From: Bacteriovoracaceae bacterium
GTDB taxonomy: Bacteria > Bdellovibrionota > Bacteriovoracia > Bacteriovoracales > Bacteriovoracaceae
NCBI GenBank assembly: GCA_018649885.1
Contig: JABIHA010000126.1
Span: 1 to 64,000, forward strand
Length of the DNA: 64,000 nucleotides
Direction of reading: 5' to 3'
Made by a program: the position numbers and the translations under genes. The notes beneath the pieces are model-generated. The model was given only the letters and a program-made list of their open reading frames with translations. It had not been told where the DNA came from and did no database searches. Positions 17,199 to 27,270 of this stretch are shown in pieces (the stretch's first letter is position 1; each line of letters opens with the position of its first letter).

Positions 17199-19316
17199 AT
17201 GAATCTATTTAAAATATATTTCACAATTCTATTTACCTTACTGGTAACTATCAGCTGCCAGCCAGAGCAACCTGAAGCAACAACTGGTACTGCCCCTCGT
17301 ACAAATTTTGATCACGCAGGCCTCTCAACAAATTGTACAATTTGTCACACCAAAGATATTCCCGAAAAAGGACACGGAGAAAACCTAGGTTGTGAAAACT
17401 GCCACAACATAAAAAGCTGGACTCAAAACACAACTTTCTCTCACGTTCCCTATCCTAAAACCTGCAGCCAATGTCATGACTATGAAAGGCCAAGCCCAGA
17501 GCATGGTGAAAAAAATGATTGCATTCTTTGCCACAAAACAAGCTCCTGGAAAAGACAAACCTTCTATTCCCATGAACCAAGACCCGCAAGCTGCGTGGGT
17601 TGCCATGACACAAAAAGGCCAAACCCCGACCACGGAGGCAAACTCGATTGTGCCAGCTGCCACCAAGTGGTTTCATGGGAGAAAGAAATTTCCTTTGGCC
17701 ATGACCCCAAACCTACAAGCTGCCTGACCTGCCATGAACAGAGCAGACCAGATGCTGAGCACGGTGGAAAGCTTGGTTGTGTAAATTGCCATCAAACTGA
17801 TTCATGGGAAAAAGATATATCCTTTGCTCACGAGCCCAAACCTACCAGTTGCCTTGTATGCCATGAAACAAAAAGACCTGATCCTGACCACGGTCAAAAA
17901 CTCGGCTGTGTCAGTTGTCACCAAACAAACTCCTGGAAAAAAGAGATCTCCTACAACCATGATCCCAAACCCACTAGTTGTCTTGCCTGCCACGAAAGTA
18001 AAAGGCCTGTGCCAGACCATGGAAATAAACTCGGCTGTGTCAGTTGTCATCAGACAACTTCATGGGAAAAAGACATCGCCTTCTCACACGTACCTAAACC
18101 TACAAGTTGTCTCGCCTGTCATGAGACGAAACGTCCGGATCCTGATCACGGAAATAAACTCGGCTGTGTCAGCTGTCACCAAACAAGCTCATGGGATAAA
18201 GAAATTTCCTACGCTCACGACCCCAAGCCCGCAAGTTGCCTTGCCTGTCACGAGACGAAACGTCCAGACCCTGATCACGGAGAAAAACTTGGTTGTGTGA
18301 ATTGCCATCAAACAAGTTCATGGGAAAAAGAGATTTCTTACAATCACGATCCCAAACCGACATCATGCTTGAGTTGTCATGAAACTAAACGTCCCGACCC
18401 AGATCACGGTCAAAAGCTTGGTTGTGTTAATTGTCACCAAACAAGTTCATGGGAAAAAGAGATTTCTTACAACCACGATCCCAAACCGACATCATGCTTG
18501 AGTTGTCACGAAACTAAACGTCCCAACCCAGACCACGGTCAAAAACTTGGATGTGTTAACTGCCACCAAACTTCGTCTTGGAACGAGGACATCACTTACA
18601 GTCATGACCCCAAGCCCACAAGTTGCCTTACCTGCCACGAGACAAAAAGACCTGATCCAGACCATGGAGACAAACTTGGTTGTATTAGCTGTCATCAAAC
18701 AAGCTCATGGACGGAGGGTGTCTCATACAATCACGATCCCGCACCTACTAGCTGCCTTACATGTCATGAAAGCAATAGACCAGATCCTAATCACGGAGAT
18801 AAATTAGGCTGTATCAATTGCCATCAAACTTCATCATGGACTAAAAATATCAATTACAACCACAAACCAAAACCTACGAGCTGCACCAATTGTCATGAAG
18901 CTGAACGCCCCGATAGTGACCATGGAAACAAGCTAGGATGTGTCAGTTGCCATTCAACGAGTAGCTGGGGAAGTGATTTATCTTATGCCCACAACCCCAC
19001 TCCAAATAGCTGCACTGACTGCCATGAGGGCCAAAGACCAAGTGATACCACCTACCCAAAACCAAGTAAGGGAACTCAAGAAGGCCACTACATCGGTACA
19101 GATTGTTTTGATTGCCATAAAACTAAGACCAATAAAGGTAAATGGAACTTTGATCACGTCGATGCCAAAAATAATAAAATAAAATACTGCCTTCCATGTC
19201 ACTACGACGGAGGCTATAAAAAACATGGTGTTTGGGGATCAATTGGGGGATATTATAAGGGGCAAGGAAAGTGCTATGATTGCCATACTAAAAAGAAAAG
19301 CTGGGACGCTAAATAA
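17199..19316 (+). CDS. 30-heme c-type cytochrome lipoprotein
   Basis: Lipobox TIS-C; 30 CxxCH counted; paralog of 15896..16999. Confidence 0.95.
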   Translation: MNLFKIYFTILFTLLVTISCQPEQPEATTGTAPRTNFDHAGLSTNCTICHTKDIPEKGHGENLGCENCHNIKSWTQNTTFSHVPYPKTCSQCHDYERPSPEHGEKNDCILCHKTSSWKRQTFYSHEPRPASCVGCHDTKRPNPDHGGKLDCASCHQVVSWEKEISFGHDPKPTSCLTCHEQSRPDAEHGGKLGCVNCHQTDSWEKDISFAHEPKPTSCLVCHETKRPDPDHGQKLGCVSCHQTNSWKKEISYNHDPKPTSCLACHESKRPVPDHGNKLGCVSCHQTTSWEKDIAFSHVPKPTSCLACHETKRPDPDHGNKLGCVSCHQTSSWDKEISYAHDPKPASCLACHETKRPDPDHGEKLGCVNCHQTSSWEKEISYNHDPKPTSCLSCHETKRPDPDHGQKLGCVNCHQTSSWEKEISYNHDPKPTSCLSCHETKRPNPDHGQKLGCVNCHQTSSWNEDITYSHDPKPTSCLTCHETKRPDPDHGDKLGCISCHQTSSWTEGVSYNHDPAPTSCLTCHESNRPDPNHGDKLGCINCHQTSSWTKNINYNHKPKPTSCTNCHEAERPDSDHGNKLGCVSCHSTSSWGSDLSYAHNPTPNSCTDCHEGQRPSDTTYPKPSKGTQEGHYIGTDCFDCHKTKTNKGKWNFDHVDAKNNKIKYCLPCHYDGGYKKHGVWGSIGGYYKGQGKCYDCHTKKKSWDAK
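17334..19010 (+). repeat. Intragenic tandem repeat, 129 bp / 43 aa, 13 copies
   Basis: Unit CxxCH-ETKRPDPDHGxKLG-CxxCH-QTSSWEKEISYxHDPKPTS; near-identical DNA units start at 18311 and 18440. Confidence 0.9.
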
Positions 19317-19319
19317 AAA

Positions 19320-20642
19320 ATGAAGAAAACCGCCCTTCTCTTATTTTTTCTAATAATAGCTGGACAGGCGTTGGGGAAATCCACTATTGGAAGAGTTACC
19401 TTTGGAAGTTATTTTTCAGATGAAAACTTTAAAAGAAATACTGCTGAGGGCAAAAGTAATGACTTTCTGATTTTTTCTTCCAGGTTTTATTTGAAAGGTG
19501 ATAAAGCTGCTCCCTATAATCATGATTTCGCACTAGATCTAAGGGGCAAGTACGATTTTTACGGAAAACTCGATAAAGACAAACAAACACTCCACGATGA
19601 ATATGATGCTCACCCCAGACAGGCTTATATAAAAAAATCAAGAAGATCACATGGGCTAGAATACCAACTTGGGCGATTTAGTGTTGATGGAGTTGGAATT
19701 AACTACGTAGATGGTTTGCAGACAAATTATAAATTAAATTCGACATTCAAACTTGGAGCTTACGGTGGACTCATTCCCAAACTCACAGGTGAGCAAAAAT
19801 ATTCGTTTAACTCAAAATCTAAGCAGTCAGGAGTTCTACTTTTCTTTCGCCCTAGAAGACTAGGGTTCCGCAAATATTTTTTCTCCTCTCACGGTTTTTC
19901 TATCCAAGGCTACGGCTCTCAAACAGACCGCTCATTTTTGCATTCACACAATTCATATATCTGGGGTCGCAGAGGAAGGTTCTATTCCAATATAGTGCTC
20001 GATTTTGTGCCAAGAACATTTCTTCAAAAAGGTGACTTTAGCATCTCATCTGATTTGAGCAAAAAAGTATCAGCTGAACTTGGCTGGGGGACCCATGATA
20101 ATTTGGCCATTTCTAGAAGCAAGACCAAAAGAGAGGTAAAATACTCCAATCGCTACGGTGAAGTTACCACAAAACTCAGCTATGATTTCTGGGAGTACAA
20201 TGGGATATTCATTGAAGGCAAAATCCAAAGAAGAAAGTCTGATTCTTCATACTCAAACCAAAGTACTGTGGGCCTAGACTTCCCTCGATTTCTCAAAAAA
20301 GAATTTTCCCTTTATAGTTATTTTAGCTTTAGAAATGATTACGAAAAAAAGGAATACAAGGCCAACCTCGCCCTTTCCTACTTTGCAAGACTTTGGGAGT
20401 TGTTTATTGATCAGTCTATTTCGCAACAAAACTATGACAACAATCAAGTGCTAAGACCTATTGTAGCAGAACTGGGTTGGGCCTATTTCTGGGCAAGAGG
20501 TCTCATGACCACCTTCTCTTATCAATATTCAACAAATGCCAATGTAGATATATACCAAGTCCTTTTTAAATTATCTTATCGCTTTGGCAGTAAACCAAGC
20601 GCTCCTCTAAGAGAAGGCGCACCAAAGAAGGGGCATCTATGA
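19320..20642 (+). CDS. Probable outer-membrane beta-barrel (porin of a porin-cytochrome complex)
   Basis: Sec signal; aromatic-rich alternating beta-strand pattern; last strand LFKLSYRF plus a short tail; lies between multiheme genes with an ATGA overlap. Confidence 0.7.
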   Translation: MKKTALLLFFLIIAGQALGKSTIGRVTFGSYFSDENFKRNTAEGKSNDFLIFSSRFYLKGDKAAPYNHDFALDLRGKYDFYGKLDKDKQTLHDEYDAHPRQAYIKKSRRSHGLEYQLGRFSVDGVGINYVDGLQTNYKLNSTFKLGAYGGLIPKLTGEQKYSFNSKSKQSGVLLFFRPRRLGFRKYFFSSHGFSIQGYGSQTDRSFLHSHNSYIWGRRGRFYSNIVLDFVPRTFLQKGDFSISSDLSKKVSAELGWGTHDNLAISRSKTKREVKYSNRYGEVTTKLSYDFWEYNGIFIEGKIQRRKSDSSYSNQSTVGLDFPRFLKKEFSLYSYFSFRNDYEKKEYKANLALSYFARLWELFIDQSISQQNYDNNQVLRPIVAELGWAYFWARGLMTTFSYQYSTNANVDIYQVLFKLSYRFGSKPSAPLREGAPKKGHL

Positions 20643-22579
20643 TTTCTAGACTTCTTCTTTTACTCTTAGCGCTACTTTGTACTGGACCCAATGCATGGGC
20701 CGATAAAGAAGAGGGCCTATTCAATAAATTATTGGCACCAGGGCCACTATCACTTCCTCACCACGATCTAGAAGCAATGGATTGTCTTAAGTGTCACTCA
20801 GCAGGAGAAGGGGTTCCCAACGAAAAATGCTTGGCCTGCCATAAAGAAATTAAAGAACATGTAAAACTCAAAAAATCGTTTCATGGCAATAATGTAAAGG
20901 GAAGATGTCTTAAATGCCACACTGAACACTTAGGCCGAAAAAATGACACCACAAAAGTGAAACAGAGAACTTTTGAACACAAATTAACGGGCCATATATT
21001 AAAGGGCAAGCACAAGAAAACGAAGTGTATAGAATGCCACACGACTAAAAGGACCAAAAAGGCCTTTCGAAAAAATGAACCTCACTACCTAGGAACTACA
21101 ACGAGCTGTAAGGGATGCCACAAAAAAGATGACTCTCATAAATTTAAAGGAAAATGGGAAAAACTAGAGTGCTCAAAATGCCATGGTGAAAAGAAGTGGA
21201 AAGAAGACAACCACGATTTCACTCACAATAAAGATACCAAGCACAAAATTCTAGGCGCTCACAAGAAGCTTAAGTGTATTAAGTGCCACTTACCTAAGGG
21301 TAAGAAAGAAGATTCGATCTATAAATTTGAAGGCCTAAAAGAGAAACAATGCCTGACTTGTCATCAAAGTCGCCACAAAGAAAATTTTGGCCCTAAATTT
21401 GTCAAGAAATCGTGTAATACCTGTCACAACCAAAAAAGCTTTAAGATGGAAAAGTTTGATCACTCCATCACAGGATTTAAGCTTACTGATAAACATGCCA
21501 AATTGGATTGCATCAAGTGCCACAAGCAAAGTGATAAAAAGATGGAGATCAAATCAGAGCATTTTGTGTGGAAAGGCACAAAAGCAGATTGTCGAAGTTG
21601 CCACAAGCCAACTCACCACCAAAAATTCACCAAGAAATTTGAAAAACTCAAATGTACAACTTGTCATACAACCAAATCCTATAAAGATGAGGCCCATGCC
21701 AAAGCTAACTTTGATCACGGAACCACAAAATTTAAGCTGACGGGAAAACATAAGAAAAATTCATGTAGGAAATGCCACCTGGTAAATAAGAAATCTACTT
21801 ATGAATTTAAAAATGAGAAGTCAGGATACTGTTTAAGCTGTCACAAAACACCGCATACTGAACAGTTTCGTGACGATTTTTCTGAGCAGTCGTGTAACTC
21901 TTGTCACAGGACAGAAAGTTTCAAAGATGTCCACAGAAAGGAATTTGACCACAACGAAACTGAGTTTGAATTACTTGGTAAACATCAAAAAGTTAAGTGT
22001 CAAAAGTGTCACGTTCCAACTAACAAGACATTTAAAGAATCCCATAGTTTCAAAGGAAAATTTATATTTGATGAACTGGGTGAAAAAAGTTGTTTAACCT
22101 GCCACAAAGATCACCACAAATCGGAGATGGGACCAAACTGCAGAACCTGCCACACTGAAAGGGGCTGGAAAGTCCAAAGAGATTTCCACAAAGACATGCC
22201 TTTAACAGGTGTTCACTACACCCTTAGTTGTACTGAGTGCCATTTTGAAGAGAGAAAGCTCAAAGGTCTAGGTGACCAATGCATTGTGTGTCACACCAAA
22301 GATGATATACACCTTGGTAGCCTTCCTAAATGCGGAGCTTGCCACCACCAGGAAGTGTGGGAAGTGACAAGATTCAAGCACTCCATGACAAGATTCCCAC
22401 TAAGAGGAGTCCACAGGACACTCGATTGCAATTCATGTCATGGAAGTGGTAATTATCAAGGCACCCAGTCAAGCTGTATCAGCTGTCACACCTCTGATGC
22501 TCTTTCAGTGGCCAACCCTGTACATATCATGCCGCAATTTAATGATTGTAGTAGGTGCCATAATCAATTTAGTTTTTGA
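20639..22579 (+). CDS. 24-heme exported c-type cytochrome (three-heme FxH..F.L.G.H repeat type)
   Basis: Signal ending AWA; APGPLS..H; 24 CxxCH counted; recurring FDHxxTxFxLxGKH; Lys-rich. Confidence 0.93.
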   Translation: MISRLLLLLLALLCTGPNAWADKEEGLFNKLLAPGPLSLPHHDLEAMDCLKCHSAGEGVPNEKCLACHKEIKEHVKLKKSFHGNNVKGRCLKCHTEHLGRKNDTTKVKQRTFEHKLTGHILKGKHKKTKCIECHTTKRTKKAFRKNEPHYLGTTTSCKGCHKKDDSHKFKGKWEKLECSKCHGEKKWKEDNHDFTHNKDTKHKILGAHKKLKCIKCHLPKGKKEDSIYKFEGLKEKQCLTCHQSRHKENFGPKFVKKSCNTCHNQKSFKMEKFDHSITGFKLTDKHAKLDCIKCHKQSDKKMEIKSEHFVWKGTKADCRSCHKPTHHQKFTKKFEKLKCTTCHTTKSYKDEAHAKANFDHGTTKFKLTGKHKKNSCRKCHLVNKKSTYEFKNEKSGYCLSCHKTPHTEQFRDDFSEQSCNSCHRTESFKDVHRKEFDHNETEFELLGKHQKVKCQKCHVPTNKTFKESHSFKGKFIFDELGEKSCLTCHKDHHKSEMGPNCRTCHTERGWKVQRDFHKDMPLTGVHYTLSCTECHFEERKLKGLGDQCIVCHTKDDIHLGSLPKCGACHHQEVWEVTRFKHSMTRFPLRGVHRTLDCNSCHGSGNYQGTQSSCISCHTSDALSVANPVHIMPQFNDCSRCHNQFSF

Positions 22580-23211
22580 TGAACTATAGGCATTAAAACT
22601 GCATTTATTTTGTGTATTTTTGATTCGTTAATCATTCAGTGTCCATAATTTTGGGACTAAATGTAACAAATTAACTAACTAAGTCGCATCGATGTGCGAT
22701 GAAAAAAATAAAAATTTTACTAAAATTATCTTCAAACATTTCCAACTCAAAGATTTCGAAGAAAAGAGATAGGTAGTTCACGGGCCAGCAGAAGATTGAG
22801 TTTAAGGTTTAGTCAGGTGGCGGCCCTTTTATCACGGCATAGTTTAGAGTTGCTTTGATGGTGTTTGTGATGTGGTCGCTGTGTAGTTGATATATATTTT
22901 AGAGGATTGCTTTTACAATGGTAGGGTTAGGGGAGGAATTTCATCTCAGGAATTGCTAGCTTTGATGATAGGTTTTATTAGAAAAAAGTGCTTGGGAGAT
23001 GACTTTCCATTCTATTTTAAAAAGGAGGTATGGAAATGAGATTATTTTTTAGTGGTTGTGATACTCTTTAAAACTGGCCATGTGATACTTCTTTAATATC
23101 ATTCAACGTCCATAATCAAACTTTTATTTGAGTGCCCCTAGCAGTACTTTTTGAAGCCAGTATTTGGACGGAAAAACCGTGATAAGCTGCTGGAGCACTT
23201 GGAGGTTAAGG

Positions 23212-24081
23212 GTGAATATTGAGAAAATGAGTGATGATAAATTATTGAAAAGTGTTCTACTAGAAGTGAAAAAAGAAAAGGATCAACTCCATATTGTACT
23301 ACTTCACTTGAAAGAAATTTATAGAAGGAGATTATTTACTGAATACAACTGCCGAACACTTAATGAGTACTGTGTAAAAGAGCTGGGTTATACTCGTGGA
23401 GAAGCCTATTACCGGGTCACAGCGATGAAGTTAATGGCAAATTCTTCTCTCATTGAAAAGGCAATCCAAAAAGGAGAACTCTCTCTAACTGCTGCGGTTG
23501 TGGCCAGTGATTATCTCACAAAACACCCCGACAAATCCGTGATCAAAAAGGAGGAAGTTATTTCAAAAATTGCGAGAATGCCCATATCAAAAGTAAAAGA
23601 GATTTTGTCTAGACCGCCATCAGGGCCTAAGTACCCTCCGAAAAATGAAGTCTTCCCTAAGTTAAAGGTCTCTAAAAGAGTCTTGGAACTTTTGAGTCAG
23701 CTGCAAGATCTCACAGGAGAGGATCAGACCAAATTACTTGAAGTGTCCCTTGAGAATAAATTAAAGCAAGTTAAGAAATGTGAATCAAAAGCAATTCAAA
23801 AGCCTTCTCCAACACAAAGTGCAAGATCACGGTACATTCCCCAAGTGATAAAAAGAAAAATTCGAAGCAGGGCAAACTACACCTGCGAACATGTTAGCAT
23901 GCGCAGAGGAAGGTGCACTGAATCCAAAAACCTGGAGTTTGATCACCACATCATCCCCTATTCAAAGGGAGGGAAGAATACATTGGAAAATTTAAGACTT
24001 GTATGCAAAAATCACAATACAAGACAATTTGTTTTAGACTTTGGCCCAAAATCTTTAGAAAAAATCACGCGGAAAAGTTAA
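23212..24081 (+). CDS. HNH endonuclease with helical N-terminal domain
   Basis: GTG 23212 after SD GGAGGT; CEH..RC..LEFDHHIIPYSKGGKNTLENLRLVCKNHN. Confidence 0.85.
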   Translation: MNIEKMSDDKLLKSVLLEVKKEKDQLHIVLLHLKEIYRRRLFTEYNCRTLNEYCVKELGYTRGEAYYRVTAMKLMANSSLIEKAIQKGELSLTAAVVASDYLTKHPDKSVIKKEEVISKIARMPISKVKEILSRPPSGPKYPPKNEVFPKLKVSKRVLELLSQLQDLTGEDQTKLLEVSLENKLKQVKKCESKAIQKPSPTQSARSRYIPQVIKRKIRSRANYTCEHVSMRRGRCTESKNLEFDHHIIPYSKGGKNTLENLRLVCKNHNTRQFVLDFGPKSLEKITRKS

Positions 24082-24205
24082 CTCACTAAATTTCATTTTT
24101 GGGCTTGTTAAAAGCAAAAACTCTGTTTTGAAAATTTAAAATGCCAAATATAGTTACAGAGAAACTTTAGTCAGATAAGTTATTGAAGCGAGTTATTTCA
24201 AATAA

Positions 24206-25747
24206 TCAATTATAGTTTTTAATTTTCTGCCAAATTACAGGAATGGGGGCTTTTGGATATTTCACCAAATAAATTGAAATCTCACTTTGATAAGGCATTG
24301 CATATTTATTTTTTGCAGATTTGGCAATCATTCTAACGGACTCAAAATACTTTCTATAAAATGTTTCTTTTCCACCAACTGCTAACCACTGTAATTTATT
24401 CTTGTGGCCCCAAAGAAAATAGTTATTATGACTACTGATTGGAGCAGGGAGTAGTTCTTTATCCCGAAATAAATCAATGGCACTTGCCTCACCATAATTA
24501 CTTGCAAAAATAGCAGTATTTTTTTTATCCTGCTCAGGTAAGTTTGAAAATGCTGTACTTGCAGCTAAAACAATCTCTTCCCATCCAAACTGGTCTGAAA
24601 TATGTTGAGGGAGGAGATTATACTGCTTTTCCTCAGTTCTTTGCGGCTCAATACCTAAAAACTTTTGATAAGAAATTAATTTATCTATTGGGAGTATTGG
24701 TATCGTCAGAGGTAAAAGTATGCTTCCACTAATTAACATTAGAGTAAAAATACTTATTTTTCCAAACATATTGTTTTCAAACAAATGATTAAATGAAATC
24801 GATCCGGCAACAAACAAAAGAGGATAAATGGGAGCAAGGTAATACGGTTTTGCTTTCAAAAAGACCATTAAAAAAAAGAACAAAATAAATACCAAGCCAA
24901 AAAATCGGTACTCTTTTAGCGGGCGATCAAGAAAAAAGGCGAATAGCCCTATTAATGAAATAAGAAAATTAAGAGGATGATTTTCTAAAACTTGTCCACT
25001 CACAAATTTCAGAAAATCAAATTCAACATTTTTATTTGCTTGCCCATTTTTTAGTAATTCTAACATTGGGAAATTATTATCTATTTGCCAATATAAATGT
25101 GGCATTACGATTACACTAGAAATACAAATCGCAATTAATATCCATTTTAATTTTAGAAGTAGACGGTATTTGGAAATAGCTAATGAAAAAACTAAAGGTA
25201 ATATAAAAAATACAGTTGAGTGCTTATTTATAATTGCCAAGCCGGTAATAACTCCAAGAGTAATAGATATAATCAAACTAGGTCTTTGGATAAGCAAGAC
25301 GATCAAAATTGAAATTGTAGTCCAGAACAATGGCTCAAAAGCATTCATTGTTAGCAGGCTACCATTTACAAGAAATAGAGGCGAAATAAGTACGGCCACC
25401 CCTGCCATTAATGCTGAGCTTCGATTTGCACCTAATAACATTGCAAGATACCCTGTAAGCAAAATTAATACAGCATGTGCCATGGACGCTGGCACTCTAA
25501 AAAGTAGAAGAGAACCATTCGATAAAAAGTTAGATATAGCAGCAACAAATGGCACAAAAGGGGGCTGGTCTACATATCCCCATGCCAACCTCTTACCGCA
25601 TGAAATAAAATACAGTTCATCTCGGAAATATCCATAATTCCCACTTGTCATTACATGAAGTAACAATGCAAAGGCACTCAATGCCAAAATCTCACCAGGA
25701 ATTAGTTTTGAATTATATAATTTATATTTCACGATTTTCAATATCAC
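24206..25747 (-). CDS. GT-C membrane glycosyltransferase (family 39 / ArnT-PMT-like)
   Basis: YGYFRDELYF..LAWGYVDQPP, many TM helices, NYGEA. Confidence 0.88.
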   Translation of the reverse strand: MILKIVKYKLYNSKLIPGEILALSAFALLLHVMTSGNYGYFRDELYFISCGKRLAWGYVDQPPFVPFVAAISNFLSNGSLLLFRVPASMAHAVLILLTGYLAMLLGANRSSALMAGVAVLISPLFLVNGSLLTMNAFEPLFWTTISILIVLLIQRPSLIISITLGVITGLAIINKHSTVFFILPLVFSLAISKYRLLLKLKWILIAICISSVIVMPHLYWQIDNNFPMLELLKNGQANKNVEFDFLKFVSGQVLENHPLNFLISLIGLFAFFLDRPLKEYRFFGLVFILFFFLMVFLKAKPYYLAPIYPLLFVAGSISFNHLFENNMFGKISIFTLMLISGSILLPLTIPILPIDKLISYQKFLGIEPQRTEEKQYNLLPQHISDQFGWEEIVLAASTAFSNLPEQDKKNTAIFASNYGEASAIDLFRDKELLPAPISSHNNYFLWGHKNKLQWLAVGGKETFYRKYFESVRMIAKSAKNKYAMPYQSEISIYLVKYPKAPIPVIWQKIKNYN

Positions 25748-25949
25748 TTCAGATTCATTTTTACTTGAAAGAACGTCGCAAACCTGACAATTGTCTCATC
25801 TATTCACTAAGTCCCAACTAATTTACACGATTGCTCAAGTCAAACTAGATCGAAGCGAGGTGGAAACAATGAATAGATCTAATGAGTAATTCATTAAGTT
25901 TTAGGTTTTTCGGTTTCTGTAAGTAAACATCAGCTGTGAATTAAAAAAT

Positions 25950-27026
25950 CTAGAGAGACTTTGCCACTCCTGAATCAAACTCAATCCCGTGGTCAACCTG
26001 GTCTTTAGTGACCATATAGAAGTCCCAAAGATTACCAAGCCCTCTTAACTTGAACATCGCCTCGACTAAGATTAAAGCACTATCAGGGTCTAATGAATGT
26101 CCCATTTCAGTTAGTTTTGAAAAGCCAGACATTGTGTAGTCGAGCGCCAAGCACATAGCTTCACAAGTGCTCATAGGAAAGAGCTTATGAACTTCATCAA
26201 GCTCTTTTTCAGACAGCTTGGATAAATCACTATCAGTGGTTTTCACTGAGTCGGAATTTCCGTGAATGATAATAGAGCGAAGGATATTGTGATTTCTTCT
26301 TGTTATATCTTCTTTAAAATCACAAACATCATCTAGTATTTGAAGACCCATGCCAATTCGGTAAACTCCATCTGTGGCCAGTTTCATTTTTTCAGATTTT
26401 TCAGTTTCAACGACCTCTGGAGCTGCGAATGCAAGAAGAAGTAACCCTCCTCCTCGATGGTTGTGAATTTCATTGAGTATCCCTACCGGGGTTAGTGCGT
26501 CTTCAATATTTTTCTCTTCAGTACTCTCTTCCTCACCAATGGCGTAGAGAGAGTCAAAAATGGCACCCCAAGCGCGGTGTTTTTGATTTGGGTTTTCAGA
26601 AATTTTATCGAGAGAATCAAAGATAACTCCCGTTTGCATTAAAACTGATATGATATTTGATAGAACTTGGCCCCCTGGCAAATGAACTTTTAAGGCCCCT
26701 TTGTCTTCGGAATCAAGTATATTATCTGTGGCCGTAACAACTCCTCTGATGGAGTGAAGAATTTTAGTGTAGTGCCACAATCGTTTCTGATCGAGATCCA
26801 TTGCTTGATAAATTGAAACGAAGAGAATGCTGAAAAAATTTCTTTGCCAATAGTCTTTAGCTGAAAGTGCAAGGTGAGGAAAACTCAACTTCTTATTCTT
26901 GCTCCCCAGGGATTCAAGCTCTGATCTTATTTCCCCTTCAACTTTTTGCAAGAGTACTTGAGCCTTAAAAAAATCATAGGCAACTTTTGGTCTTTTAAAA
27001 AGTGACAGTAAAAATTTCGGCTCCAC
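25950..27026 (-). CDS. Class I isoprenoid-synthase-fold protein
   Basis: Asp-rich motifs TDNILDSED and GLQILDDVCDFKED; GTG start with SD GAGGAG. Confidence 0.65.
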   Translation of the reverse strand: MEPKFLLSLFKRPKVAYDFFKAQVLLQKVEGEIRSELESLGSKNKKLSFPHLALSAKDYWQRNFFSILFVSIYQAMDLDQKRLWHYTKILHSIRGVVTATDNILDSEDKGALKVHLPGGQVLSNIISVLMQTGVIFDSLDKISENPNQKHRAWGAIFDSLYAIGEEESTEEKNIEDALTPVGILNEIHNHRGGGLLLLAFAAPEVVETEKSEKMKLATDGVYRIGMGLQILDDVCDFKEDITRRNHNILRSIIIHGNSDSVKTTDSDLSKLSEKELDEVHKLFPMSTCEAMCLALDYTMSGFSKLTEMGHSLDPDSALILVEAMFKLRGLGNLWDFYMVTKDQVDHGIEFDSGVAKSL

Positions 27027-27270
27027 TTCAGCTCCTCATTTATATATTGCTGGAAGCCCATCCTTTCAAAAAAAATACACTTAGAAAACACCCAAAATTA
27101 AAATCATCAAAAAGCTTGAGCTAATGTATTAATAGGATATTACAGCATGATGCTAAGTGTAACACCACAAGATAACGCACGAGCTCCCTAATCGTAATTC
27201 GCTGCAGTGTTGTCAAAGTGGTTTTCTCATTCTAAATACAATTATCGTAAACACAAAATGAGGATCAAAG

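Noticed and set aside
17334..19010. CRISPR array suggested by regular repeats
   Set aside because: The 129-bp period is in frame, varies mainly at third codon positions and has no unique spacers; no cas genes in the window
23022..23071. Small peptide MEMRLFFSGCDTL behind a perfect AAGGAGGT
   Set aside because: Only 11-13 codons with no recognisable features; cannot be supported without conservation or ribosome data
23212..24081. IscB/Cas9-like RNA-guided nuclease
   Set aside because: No PLMP or RuvC motifs; the HNH is C-terminal in a protein of about 290 aa
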